DNA of 56,326 bases, counting the filler, from Squatina squatina (taxonomy: Eukaryota): assembly GCA_031763465.1 (NCBI GenBank). It is 3 parts of 3 records of this genome, joined end to end, with 100 filler letters (N's around TTAATTAATTAA, not from the genome) between each part and the next. Parts side by side here need not be neighbours in the genome. Positions count along the whole stretch, not along the records: positions 1 to 19,976 come from JARFOE010000016.1; 2 more parts are not named here. One strand, 5' to 3'. The notes below the pieces were generated by a model. It saw nothing but the letters and a program-made list of their open reading frames with translations. It did not search any database and was not told the origin of the DNA. Positions within the stretch are counted from its first letter, which is position 1; every line of letters starts with the position of its first letter. Positions 1 to 12,691 of this stretch are shown piece after piece. A program made the translations under genes and the position numbers.

Positions 1-1615
1 GTCGACAGAAAGTGAATGCAGATGTAAGATTTTTAATAAGGCAGCCACACCCACCATCTCCCCCCACACCCACAAACAAACAACATTAGACCAATTGCGA
101 TAAGGGCTCCACTGAGCAGGAGGCTTTTGCAAAATATTTTCTGAAAATGAAATTTAAAAGCTGGACTCCTCACTGTACTTTATAACCTCGACCTGAACAC
201 TGCAACTCAGTGAAACAGTTCAGCAAAAGCTTTAACTCTAACGTTCCACATTAATTAATGCACAGAGATAGAACGTTATTAAAGTTAAGACGAAGAGCGT
301 AGCAAAGGCAGAAAACGAACTCACCATTTACCCTGTTCACTGGTTCACCTTCTGGATTTCTCTCTCCTTATCCAGATTAACGGAGAATCCCATGTTTAAT
401 ACGATTATGTCCTTAACCTTGGAACAGTTGTGTTGCTGTTCACTTAGCCTCAGGCTGGGGCTTCAGCAGAGTCTGTGATCCGACAGAATACATTTTTGTA
501 CTAATAATGGTGGTTGGCACTTCCACAGCAGTACTAAAGAGTACAAGGTATAAAATACCTTTTAGTGAAACGACTAACCAAAATAATCCAATGTATAAAA
601 TCAAAGAAAATGTAGGCAGTGAGAGATGAGTGAATGATTGAGGTTTGAGGAGCTGGTACAAATCAATGCCGATCACCAGGAAAATATCCATTTCGGAATT
701 AATTTTTTACTATAGAAAAAGGATGAAATTGGATTAGCAAGAAAGAGATATTAAAGAGGGAAGGAGTGTGTATTAAATTTAAACTTATTTGGAGCCTGGG
801 GTTTTTCCTTTAATGTCTTAAGGGCAAAATAAAAATAGGGCCAAAGTTTAAACAGACTATAACGAGAAGGAAGCAGATGGCCTCAGCAAATGCAACTTCT
901 TCTCAGTTTACAAAGAAGCTATTAAATTGCTCGCAGTCTACCAAAGCAGCCACTCTTGGCAGACTCTTAACTCAGTGTATTGTGGGATACTCACAGGTGT
1001 TCAAGAGCCTCCAGTCCTATGAATGCTTTTTTGGCTATGGATTTGATCTTGTTTCCAAACAGTGTTCTGCAGTTTCCAAACACATACAGCAGATAAATGG
1101 AAAAAGAATAAGCACAATTAGTTCAGCAAAATCAGATAAAGAAACTATATGAAGAGCGGGAAATCTGAACTGTTCCCGGATTAAAATGGAAATTAAGCAC
1201 AGTGGACTGCTGCTTTGAAAAAAAAAAATCTTATGAGAATTCATGAATTGCAAGAGGACAAAACCCTGTGGATCACATTAAATTAGGTTCTAAGTACCAA
1301 ACAATATCAGCTTGCTAAAATAAAAATCTGTCCAGTCATCAGCAACAAATAATGAGTAAGATTGACTGTACTGACAGCTGCAGCCTCCAGCACTACACTG
1401 GCCCTCCAGCCAAATCCGCTTGCTTTTATTTTACTTCCCCTGCGTGCCTTTTTGAAACACTCTAGAAACACTAACCTCACAACCTAGCTACATCCTGCAA
1501 ACTGTCAAAACAAAGNNNNNNNNNNNNNNNNNNNNNNNNNNNNNNNNNNNNNNNNNNNNNNNNNNNNNNNNNNNNNNNNNNNNNNNNNNNNNNNNNNNNN
1601 NNNNNNNNNNNNNNN

Positions 1616-1696
1616 CTCAAGAAGAGCTGCTGCAGGGAGGACAGCCCATAAAGCCAGCCACTCGTCACTTCATTCAAGATATTATTGTCCAAATGC
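1616..1696 (-). CDS. LRIG1: LRIG1 LRR exon (human exon 7 equivalent), 3' part lost in N gap
   Basis: Acceptor ccttttctag, then (g)HLDNNILNEVTSGWLYGLSSLQQLFLS, similar to human LRIG1 [27 protein letters not shown]. Phase joins the 2427-2570 exon (CT+G = Leu) across a gap-free intron. Confidence 0.9.
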
Positions 1697-2426
1697 CTAG
1701 AAAAGGTTAAAAGATTTGAGTTATATTACCTTCAAGCAAGGTATGGCAACAAAAGCCAATTTTTTAAAAAAAACAGTATTTTCCTTCTATCAAAGCACAT
1801 TCCAAAACCCCATTTATTAAAACGGTCAAAAATATTTTCTTTTAACATTTGAGGTTGATGTATATTAAAATTGGATACAATGCCAATTTCCAAACCAAAA
1901 TTAACACCAGAGATTTGATCAAAAATACTAGGTGGATTAAGTTGCAAACCGCGGTGAAAAGAAAGCATTATCCATCAGCTACATAACTAGGATACAGATA
2001 CCAACTTCAGACAGCTGCCTTTGCACTGGAGCAACCCAGGAAGGATACTAGCAGGAGGTGTTAAATGCAGCTTTTCATACCATTACACCATTGCAGCATA
2101 CTATTTTACAGGGGTAGATGCAAAAGTTCATGGTGCATTGCAGTATCCATCAGATTCACTCCAGCACAAGATAAAAAGTACAAACAGGGCAAAAGACGAA
2201 AACACATACTCATTAGAACTACAACCCACAGTATCTCAGATTAAACATCAAGCCTGATAGTTTAGTAATACGCAACTATTCATACGTAGGTGTGCATGAG
2301 AGAGGGGGAAGACAGAAACAGAATGAATGAAGAGATGACAGTGTAGGATCCTGCAATGTAATTGTATTCCTGCAATACATGGTCTTACATATTCTTAACT
2401 GTGACAATTCCCTAAAAGTGACTTAC

Positions 2427-2570
2427 AGAACTTGCATTTTGGCAAGACCCCAGAAGGCTCCATCCATGAGTTTGCTGATGTTATTCCGCTGCAGCTTAAG
2501 CACTTCCAAACTGTCTAATCCTTGAAAGGTTAGTCCATCAATGAGACGTATTCTGTTTCGGTTCAGCTCT
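2427..2570 (-). CDS. LRIG1: LRIG1 LRR exon (exon 6 equivalent), 144 nt
   Basis: ttatgttccag acceptor and GTAAGT donor. Encodes [48 protein letters not shown], nearly identical to human LRIG1 [48 protein letters not shown]. Confidence 0.95.
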
Positions 2571-4126
2571 CTGGAACATAACACACAAAAATCCATCTTT
2601 AAACCGGCTTCCACTTGCCACTGCCCGATCTCTTCTGTTGAGAAAACTGACAGTTCCTGAGGTAACTGATCGATTTTCAAAACAGTGGCATTATCTTTTT
2701 CATTACCTACACATGGAAGAAGAGAGTTCAATATCAAAGCCTCAGATTCAAAGAACAAATATTCTTTGTCTTTCACCTGTGTCATTTATCACAATACTCA
2801 AATGCCTCGAAATTTGATTCCCAAAATATTATTTTCAAACTGCAACAAAACTGACCAACAAGACCAGGCGCAAAAATAATCATTTTATAATACGAGACAG
2901 TCGAATGTTTAGATTCTATGGAGAATGCATAACAGACTAGAGGGTTTGTCTTTGTTTTGCCATACGCTGCACCAATGAGGCCACTGTCCATTCTCTTCTC
3001 CATCTGGTTGCAGCAAATTTCACTTAGAAACCAGTCATGCAAGGTCATCCACTGATCTTTACGTTAATGGCAGCACTAATTCAAGCAGCAATAGGTTGAA
3101 TAGATTAAAAATTACAACCTTAAATTGCTATTCAGTTCTTGCTCACCAATTTGTGAAGAAATGTGATCACAAAAATCAAAATGCATCTCATTTACAAACA
3201 ANNNNNNNNNNNNNNNNNNNNNNNNNNNNNNNNNNNNNNNNNNNNNNNNNNNNNNNNNNNNNNNNNNNNNNNNNNNNNNNNNNNNNNNNNNNNNNNNNNN
3301 NGCAAGTGATTAGTCTGACTGAGCTCCATTTTACAATGATTCCTCCTCCCCCCACCCCTGTATTCCACCATGTCCTTCAGATCACAACCTGTCGCCATAT
3401 TCCTCTGGGACTGAACCCTCACTCCTGCCTTTTCAAGGTCCTCACCTACAGTGCTCTAAAGTCTCCCCATCCCCCAACCTCCTTGCAGTAATCTCTTCCC
3501 TGCTGTTACTACTTAGTCCCTACACAGGCCTTAGCCTCAGCAACTTCAACCTACATCTAAATTCATGATTTTACAATCTGGACACTTTAAACAAAAGATT
3601 GCTGTTAACACTCAACTATTGCTTTTATGCTTGGCCCAAGTGAAGTAGTTCATGGAAATTCATGCAGCTTTATATGGGAGAAATGTATTCAAAACAAAAA
3701 GAATAAAAACCAGAAACTTTTAAGCTATGTCTTTTACTCAAAAGATAGTCGAGCTACTTTGCAGCCGAGTTGTAATATAAGCAAGTTGTGGTAGTGTTTA
3801 TGGCAAAATGGGAACTCAATATTCACTGTTGAGGCTCATGCATGAATAATGACCACTTGGTCAAAGGATTGACAAAGAAAGCTGCCAAGAAAAAAAAGGG
3901 GTGGGGGAGGAAAAGCAGAAGCAACTCTGCAATACATATTCAGTGCAAATTTCTTCAGCTACTAATCAAAGGGCAGGGTGGAAAAGGGGTGGGGCAGAGG
4001 GGGAAGAGAACAAAGAAGAAAGGAAGCAAATTAATGGTACTAATGCCTTTTTTGTTGATACAGAAAACAAAAACTGCTTTTCCCTCCCTGTGCTCAACCT
4101 TTTAACAGTCAGAATATAGTACTCAC

Positions 4127-4264
4127 AGGTCTTTAATTTTGAGTCGCTGTGGAAAGCAATTGTTTCTGACTTCAGTTATTTCATTGTAGGTTAGGTCCAA
4201 TGTTTCTAGGGATTCATAGAATTTCAAGTGATTTGCCTCAATGCTGCGGATCTTGTTGTGGTGC
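4127..4264 (-). CDS. LRIG1: LRIG1 LRR exon (exon 4 equivalent), 138 nt
   Basis: ttttaaaacag acceptor and GTGAGT donor. Encodes HHNKIRSIEANHLKFYESLETLDLTYNEITEVRNNCFPQRLKIKDL, versus human [46 protein letters not shown]. Not in the ORF track. Confidence 0.93.
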
Positions 4265-4492
4265 CTGTTTTAAAAAAAAGTCACATATCAAATACAACTC
4301 AGGAAAGTAAAAGTCACTTATCTCCTGCACCACAAAATGTATGTTGAAACTTGTATTTTGCAAACTAGTGCTACAAGTCAATCAATCTTTCTNNNNNNNN
4401 NNNNNNNNNNNNNNNNNNNNNNNNNNNNNNNNNNNNNNNNNNNNNNNNNNNNNNNNNNNNNNNNNNNNNNNNNNNNNNNNNNNNNNNNNNNN

Positions 4493-4835
4493 TAAAGTAC
4501 CAAGGCGCTTGAAGGAGAATATTTTTCCGGGGCGGACACAGAAGGGTTGGGTAGGGGAAGGGGGATGTGGGTGGAGAGCGATACGGGGAAGTGATCAGAG
4601 ATAGCCTTATCTGTGATTGGCACGATGGGAGTGGCAAGGTCGCTTGAGATGGCGAGGTCATGGGGTGGCCGAGAATGCGGGTAGCAGGGGTTATGTGGAG
4701 GGAGAGATTTAGGGAGGAAAGGAAGTCAGAGGAAAGAGATCAAGAGGAGTTAAGATGGAGTTTGAATTCACCAAGGATGAGAAGTCGCTCGGTGCAGAGG
4801 CTGAGGGAGGAAAGCACTGAAGATACCTCAGTGGG
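4493..4835 (-). mobile_element. L2-clade LINE endonuclease fragment, degraded
   Basis: Minus-strand pieces resemble the L2 APE domain (LLILGEFKLHLN, SSLNLSLHIT, ISDHFPVSL) with frameshifts. Confidence 0.65.
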
Positions 4836-5511
4836 AAACTTGGTGTGTGAGGAGTGGCCCTACTCCCCAAGCACAGCAAGTCTAAGTGATACACAAGGAT
4901 GAGTGCCAAGTAATCCATACGTGACCAAAAATACTAATACATACCAATACACTGGGATAAAAATCAATGAGCCAAATTATTCATCAAATCAATAAAATTA
5001 AAATTCTGCCAGTCTCTAATCCTGCAGCAAGCATACCACCCCACAGCATTGGCTGAGTATTGAGAGATTATTGGGAAGAAGCCAATAATCCCAAACATTC
5101 CTTCTTTCTATTCTGTTCTTTCCCCCTCACCACAAAATAAACTAAAAACATGAATTGAGGGACTAATATTATCAAGGAGACTGGAGGTCCACAACAGTTG
5201 ATTTAAAAAAAAAATTTGGGCTGATTTTCAAAGCAAGCTCCCAACCAGAGACATGTTTCTATTTCCCTTGCTCAAATTATCAATTCTTTATTCTGTTAAC
5301 TGGAAATCAATCTTTCAACAGGATTTTTTTAAAATACATGAAATTATTTTTTATTAGACCTTATATAGCACTAAGAACTTTGTCATTTAAAATCAAGTTG
5401 CCATATGGCCCCATGGAAATTTCTAGAAGATCTAATAGTTACCTTCACAAATGAACAAATCCAAGAGTTCACCTTTAAAAATATAATTGAGGTATTAAAT
5501 TCAATACTTAC

Positions 5512-5583
5512 ACTTCACGAAGGTTGGGTAGTTCTGTGAAAACAGAGGGATCGATTGATGCCAGTTTGTTGTAACTCAGGTTT
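5512..5583 (-). CDS. LRIG1: LRIG1 LRR exon (exon 2 equivalent), 72 nt
   Basis: cttctcttacag acceptor and GTAAGT donor. Encodes NLSYNKLASIDPSVFTELPNLREV, versus human [24 protein letters not shown]; exactly one 24-aa LRR. Confidence 0.92.
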
Positions 5584-5924
5584 CTGTAAGAGAAGCATGT
5601 GCAAATCAGATTCCGTTCAATAGAACTCCACTAATTGTCAATTTTATTTCAACTGCATTGTAAACTAATCATGTTTTACAAACAAACTGAAAATTCTACT
5701 GTGCTGGTTGTCAGGAAAGAAAGTCAAATCAGCTGTGACAAGTCTAGCAATTTTCTTTAAAGAAAATCATTCTTGGTGTAGATTTTGATTGCTGTTACTT
5801 TCACCAGAAACTTACAAGTGAGCAGTGCATGAAAGTTACGTCAACATTTTCAGTATTACAGACAGCCTTAAGCTCAAAACACCAACTTGCATTTATATAG
5901 CATCCTTAAATGTAGAAAAAGCTC

Positions 5925-6546
5925 TCATCTTGAAAACCTTTAGGAAGTCACCTCTTAAACCTTCTCTGTTCCAAGGAGAGCATTCCTAACTTTTCCAACC
6001 TCTTCTCATAACGGAACTTCCACATCCCTGGCAACATTCTCTGTACCCTTTAAGGCCTTTACATTTTTCCAGAAGTGTGGTGCCCAGAATTGTCCAGAAA
6101 ACACTTGCTGAGGCCTAACCAGTGATTTATAAAGTTCTAGCATAATCTCTCTGCTTTTATATTCTATTCATCTATTTATAAACCCAAGTAACCTGCATGC
6201 TTTCTTAACTACCTTATCAACTTGCCTTGCCATCTTTAAGATTTGTGTATATGGGCACTATGGTGTCTCTGCTCATCTACACTTTTCAAAATCATGCCAT
6301 CTATAGTATACTGCCTTTCCATACAAGTCCTACCATAGGGCATCACTTCACACTTCTCTACATTGAACTCCATAGGTTATGCTTCCACCCATTTCACCAA
6401 CCTGAACTCTATAACTAGCCTCATCACTATCTACTACATTGTTTCAGATCATCTGAAATTTATAATGCTGCTCCCTACACCCGAGTCTTGGTCATTCATA
6501 AAAATTAAGAGGAATGGACCCAAAACTGACCCTTGGGAAACACCAC
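5925..6546 (-). mobile_element. CR1 LINE RT/3' fragment, old
   Basis: GVSQGSVLGPFLLIFMND matches the CR1 RT motif GVPQGSVLGPxLF; downstream sequence is degraded. Confidence 0.75.
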
Positions 6547-8634
6547 NNNNNNNNNNNNNNNNNNNNNNNNNNNNNNNNNNNNNNNNNNNNNNNNNNNNNN
6601 NNNNNNNNNNNNNNNNNNNNNNNNNNNNNNNNNNNNNNNNNNNNNNTAGCATGCTGCTTCCGCTATTTAACATGTCCGTAGTCCTGTGTTGCAGCTTCCC
6701 CAGGTTGGCACCTCATTTTTTAGGTATGCCTGGTGCTATTCCTAGCATGCTCTTCTACACTCATTGAACCAGAGCTGGTCCCCTGCATATATGAATATAG
6801 CTGCGCTGCCAAACAGGATTTTAATTGCCATCTCTTTACGAGGCTTATGCTCCAATATGGTCTTCATTCTTAAACAGCAGAGACCAAATTGGAAAGTAGA
6901 AAGATAAATCTCTTCCCACATTATAAACACTACAAAGTTAGCTTTGTATACACGTCTGAGCAGCAAATTCTGAGTGGAAATGATTCATTACAAATAGTCA
7001 AATCTTGCAACTTGAAATACAAGGCAGGTGATAACAGACATAAATCTTACTTAAGCATACATTTGTGTATAGTAGAAATTGCTGGAAATTGTAACAGAAA
7101 TAAGGACCCATGTTAAAAATCCGATTACATAAAAACAAAATCACAGATTCTGTATGAACAGATTTACACAGACATACGAAACACATACATGTCCAGTCTT
7201 TTGTTTTGGCCCTCGCTCACCAATCTCTACATTTGGCAAGGAATATAAAAAGATGTCAAGTTGGTAAGTCAGTTATGGAAGTGCTTTATCTACACATGAC
7301 TTTCATATTTATTGACCCCTTCTTACTTAAAATCTGGCACCAACTAGTTTGTTCGACCTGTGTGTTAAAACAGTATCACTGAACTCACTTCACACATAGA
7401 AGTACAAAGTTCATTCCAATACTGTGTTTTCTCACTCCTGATGCTGGCAAGAATCAGAGCTGACTGGTTCTCACAGGCGCTCAGCCACAAAAGTATGGCA
7501 GCGAGCCTCCCTGCTTGAGCTTGCACAATCTATCTGAACAAAGAGGACTGGCCTCCTTAAACATCAGCATATGTTTCCACTCTCTCATTCTGGCTGATAT
7601 ATGGTTTCAAATTTCTTCAAGCAAGAACAGCTTGAAGCATACTCTAAAAAAAGGTGTTAAAACATTGAAGTGAAAAAAGGGATTTTAAATGAAATCAAAA
7701 TCCTATACCAAAATGACCCTTTCCACTCACTTATAAAACTTGTAACTCATTTTTAAATGGGTTATTTTTAAATCCCTATCCCTCCGAAGAAATTTTCTAA
7801 GAACATTTCATGAGCAGTTGCAGCACAAGTACTTTACCCCAATCATACTTCAGCATAGTATTTTTGATAGTAATAATTTTATATATTCTTTTCCATCTAT
7901 AAAAGTGTTTACAATATTCCATTTCCATTTCAGTTAATTTCAAGCATTCAGCATTATATAAAAAAAATGACTTCATGACTTCACTAGAAAAGTTTCACAG
8001 AAGAGATAGCCCTAGAATATATATATTTTTTTTTAATGTGATTATAAAACTAGGGTCATTACGGCTGTGCACCAACTGCTAATATCATTCTGAATTAGTG
8101 GTTCAATGTGGTCACAAAGAGAGATTCTTTTAATGATTCAGGTAAGCTTCAAGTGTCTTAAAGTATTTGACAGAATTTAACTTGCTGTTCAACTGAACGT
8201 CTTAAAAAAAAATGTTCAACAATTCTGTTAAGTCAACATATTCTTAGTTTCATTTCAGCATCTTATGACAAATTTAACAGCCTCTCATACCTTGATAATT
8301 GAGTCCAGGAGAAATAACCCAGGGCTTCTTCAGCTCTGTTCCAATTTACAACTGGCTTGCACATTTCAAACAAGTTTCACTATCCATGAACTCATTTCAA
8401 ATTAAAAAGCTCACCTCATAACAGTGTGGTACCAGTGCGCAGTTTGATACTGCACTCCGTGGAGTTCCCAATCTCAGTCTTGCTACTGTGGTGGAGCTAC
8501 CAAGCACTTCAGAGGAAGTTATTCCCAGGAAATGNNNNNNNNNNNNNNNNNNNNNNNNNNNNNNNNNNNNNNNNNNNNNNNNNNNNNNNNNNNNNNNNNN
8601 NNNNNNNNNNNNNNNNNNNNNNNNNNNNNNNNNN

Positions 8635-8730
8635 TGACTTTGACTTTGTCCGGTCCTGTTACTGTTTTCCAAGTGCTCTGCTATTACATATTTTATAATG
8701 GACTCTAGCATTTTCCCCACAACTGATGTC
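8635..8730 (-). mobile_element. CR1 LINE RT fragment
   Basis: TSVVGKMLESIIKYVIAEHLENSNRTGQSQ is the segment typical of CR1 after YRPVSL. Confidence 0.75.
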
Positions 8731-9738
8731 ATCTACAATTAAAATGGATAGCACCATTAAAACTATATCCTACATATGACATGAAATTTGGTGAAGTCTT
8801 GGATGAGTATAAGTATCCAGTTTCAGAACATTCTGACTTTTGAATTATTGAAAATAATTTATTTTGTCATTTGTAACTTATCTAGTCATCATCACACTAT
8901 ATAACAGTCATAGTAAATTTTAATGGTGTCTTCATGACAATTTTAGATTAGCAGCAATAAGTAGCTGGTTAGGACATAATAGGCTCAACAACCACACAGG
9001 CATTACTAGAAGTAGAACCAGAAAAACCTGCCAAAATTAAACCCAGACACTGTGGTAGATTATAAGGGCCCTCCTGGAGTATTGCTACAGCACACTATAC
9101 ACTGTACTCCATGATTCGAAGCTACAGGTCGTTTTTAAAAATGTAGTTGTGCTATATATGGAAAGCATTAAATTAACCAACAGAAAATTCTTCAATAGAA
9201 TGGGCACCATTCTTCATAAATTTCAAGGTACAGTACTTTGAGTAAAGTTGTCAACAAAGTATTTTTTACAGATCTTCAACAATTAGCATTCTTACAGCAA
9301 GGAAATATAACAAGTACAAGAACAACTTTCAAAGGATCTTTTGCATCAAAAATATATGTTAAGAACATGTTTTGTGCAATCAATATACTAAGTAGGGCAA
9401 TAGAAAGGATAGTTTTAAAGAGACATAGAGTAGAGAGGCAAACAGTGTCTTTACTTGTTGAGTCTGAGATCCATGCTAGTTTATAGCACCTTAGGCTGTT
9501 GTAGGTCCAGATTCATTTTTTTTTGCACAGCTCATTGCAAGTCATTGCTCTATTACTGGTATAATGGTTTTTTGATAAAACATAATTCATTCCAAATGGA
9601 CATCCAAAGCTGAAGCTGGTGTCTTAATGGCACTCACANNNNNNNNNNNNNNNNNNNNNNNNNNNNNNNNNNNNNNNNNNNNNNNNNNNNNNNNNNNNNN
9701 NNNNNNNNNNNNNNNNNNNNNNNNNNNNNNNNNNNNNN

Positions 9739-9810
9739 TGAATGGCGGTGCAGGCTCGAAGGGCCTAATGGCCTACTCCTGCACCTATTTTCTATGTTTC
9801 TATGTTTCTA
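9739..9810 (+). mobile_element. CR1 LINE 3' terminus
   Basis: tgaatggcggtgcaggctcgaagggcctaatggcctactcctgc followed by a (tttctatg)n tail; the same end recurs many times in the window. Confidence 0.8.
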
Positions 9811-10004
9811 TAAAATTCCCACAGGTCACCAACTGCATGCAAATAGCATGCGCAAAGATATTTTTGCTTGGCTGTGTTAAACACTGCTTCGCCAGAGGAC
9901 ATTAAGACCCGAGTGAACTGAACTCCCTTCATTCCACTTCTGAATTGGAGGGGAAACCAGGCTAATCGTAACTAGCACATCACCTGTGTGCAGCGTAGGT
10001 TGAT

Positions 10005-10412
10005 ACCCGGATTCCAAGGTTTCACTTGCAAGGAGAGATTACACAAACTGGGGTTGTATTGCCTGGAAGATTAAGGGGTGATTTGTTCAAAGTTTTCAAG
10101 ATATGGGGAATTGATAGAGTGGATAGAAACCATTTCCACTGGTTGGGGTATCCAGGACCAGGGCACATAGCCTAAACATCAGAGCCAAGAGTGGTTAGGA
10201 AACACGTCAACACACAAGGGGTGGTAGAAGTTTGGAACTCTCTTCCACAAATGACAGTTGATGCCGGGTCAATTGTTAATATTAAATCTGAGATTGATAG
10301 ATTTCTCTTAACCAAAGGTATTAAGGGATATGGGGCAAAGATGGGTATATGGAGTTAGGAATGGCGGAACAGGCTCGAGGGGCTGAATGGCCCACTCCTG
10401 TTCCTATGTTCC
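10005..10412 (+). mobile_element. CR1 LINE 3' region
   Basis: Degraded ORF2 C-terminus (gagagattacacaaactggggttg...gggcacatagcctaaac) ending in the shared CR1 3' tail. Confidence 0.75.
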
Positions 10413-12479
10413 CATCCATCTTGTGGATCCTTTCTGTATTGCCTTCATAATTCAAAAGTTTCCATAATGTCTTGGGGGCCAATATTTGAACACAGTGCTC
10501 AGGTTGCTGTCTGAACAGGGCATTGTACAATTTTATAAGACATCTTTCAACCTATATTCAACTGACATAGCATTACAAATATTGCTTTGCTTATTCCTGT
10601 TCCAAAGTGGATTGATATATTAAGTGCTGAAACTATTAACCATCGGATTTATTTCCACTTCATCTTTAACTGTTCTATGCCGTCTATAGTATAATTGTGA
10701 TATCCATTCTCTTTCCAATGTATAGTACCTTGCACTTGTCTATATTGCCGACTGCTAATTTGTCCACTTGTTGATTTTATCTAACTCTTTTCATAGATCT
10801 CTTGCTGCCTCCTTTGATTGACTGTCCCTCTATCAATGTGAGTTCAATTTAAAACATCTGAGTCATTCACTAATAGCATCCAGAATGCACACAAACTCAG
10901 CCAACTGTGTAGGATTACAGTCTCAGACATTTTCCTCTTTGTTTTCTTTTTCACATGTTCGATTTGTAGGCATCAGAGTACAAGGGCCAATTTTAATTTG
11001 CTCCACCAAGTTTTATTCATGGTGGTAGTGGCCTCAAAATGGCATTGGGTCACTTACCGCTGTGTTTACGTTGGCGCTCTAGCTGCTGCAATCTTAGGTA
11101 GGGTCTTGAGATGGAATGCCGGAATGCTCACCTGTTTCAGGCAGGAGGCAAATCATGGTCCCAAGGATCTCAATTGCAACTTTGTGGAACAAATGGGCAC
11201 AGTGGGCGCCGTGCATGCTCCACACATTGTACCGGGTGGCAAAAACGGACTTAAATGGACCATTGGAGGTCACTCAGAAAGCGGCCTAGTAAATCTCTTA
11301 CTTCTTTCTTGGAGGGTGCCACATAATCAGAGTCTCTGCCTTACAGCTGTCCCATATATTTGGAGTGGCGCACAATCAGACACTCTGCTTGCATTAACCG
11401 TTTCAGTTTATATTACTTGAGAGGCGATCTTATTAAATTGCAGAGCCCTGTGAACTATTCCTTAATTAAATCCAGTGTTAGAACCATGGAAACGTCAAAT
11501 CTGTGCTGGCTCTTTGTGAGAACAATACAAAGCTCCTCGCACTGCCCTGCTATGGAAGCTATATAGTTCTAAATGTAATAAAATAAAACCATAGTTCCTA
11601 CTCATTTTAAGATGCTTATTCCACATCCAATGACCTTAGTCTAACATTGCCTGATTAAGAAATTGAGAGTTTTGCGCTCTATGTATGATGATTTTCATCA
11701 GATCTTATTCGGACTTCTGGCTGGAAAGTGGAAGCATTCCTTGAGTGGGAAAAACTTGTGCTAATTGACTTACAGAATAGCATGGTCCTTCAGAGTTGTA
11801 CCTGCGCACTCTTGTCTGTGGCAGAAGAGACATGTTGAGCACACACAGCTATTAGAATGGAGAGGGGTGCAAATGGATGGTTAAGTTTAAAAATGTGCAC
11901 AACAGTTCCTTAATGTACATCAGCTTATTCATAACTTTTCAGCATTTTGAAAAGATGAGTTGAAAATATCATAATTTTAAACTCGCATTTATAAAATTGT
12001 ATGAACATGAATTACAAATTCTAAATTAGAATTGAAAAGACCCACTGTTTCTGGAAATCTGCAAACTAATTTTTNNNNNNNNNNCACAGCCCTGGTGCCA
12101 AGTTCTTTTCAATGTGATTCATCCTCAATAGGAGGCCCAGACACAAACTGTTGAAAGAAGTTCTTTTCCCTTTTCTGTTTTGTCAATTGTGAATAAAGTT
12201 GGGTGGTGTTGTATTTCTTATTTTTTTCTTTTTGGTTTCTTAAAGAACATGAGTAAATAAAAAGGACTTGCATTAATAAAACATAGCTGTATGAATAGTC
12301 TTGTATCCAGATTCATGAATACACTGAATACCGATCAGCTCTTTTTCTTAACTTATAAANNNNNNNNNNNNNNNNNNNNNNNNNNNNNNNNNNNNNNNNN
12401 NNNNNNNNNNNNNNNNNNNNNNNNNNNNNNNNNNNNNNNNNNNNNNNNNNNNNNNNNNNCCGCAAATTGCTAGAAATAA

Positions 12480-12690
12480 GACTTGATAATGGCACAGCAA
12501 TGTCAATGACGCATCTGGGACCATGAATGTCGTGCCCAATGGTCTCCCTGTGAGGATAAGGAGAAAGACTGTAAGAAAGACAACCAGAACCCCAACCAAG
12601 ACTCCATGGAGCAGGGGGCTGTCCAAGGGAAAAGGTGCAGAGTAGAAAGGTTGTAGTTATAAGGGTTTCTATAATTAGGGGGATAGACGA
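12480..12690 (+). mobile_element. CR1 ORF1 (SGNH esterase-like) fragment
   Basis: RKVVVIRVSIIRGID resembles the CR1 ORF1 motif VVVIGDSIVRGID. Confidence 0.5.
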
Positions 12691-12691
12691 T

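Noticed and set aside
325-540. Possible downstream LRIG1 exon (donor-like AATG|GTGAGT at 325; ORF 440-691)
   Set aside because: Stops in all three frames between the plausible acceptor and the donor, and no resemblance to LRIG1 that I can see.
1477-1515. Continuation of the LRIG1 exon 7 ORF past the gap (LCFDSLQDVARL)
   Set aside because: The frame is only carried through Ns and the peptide does not match the expected end of exon 7.
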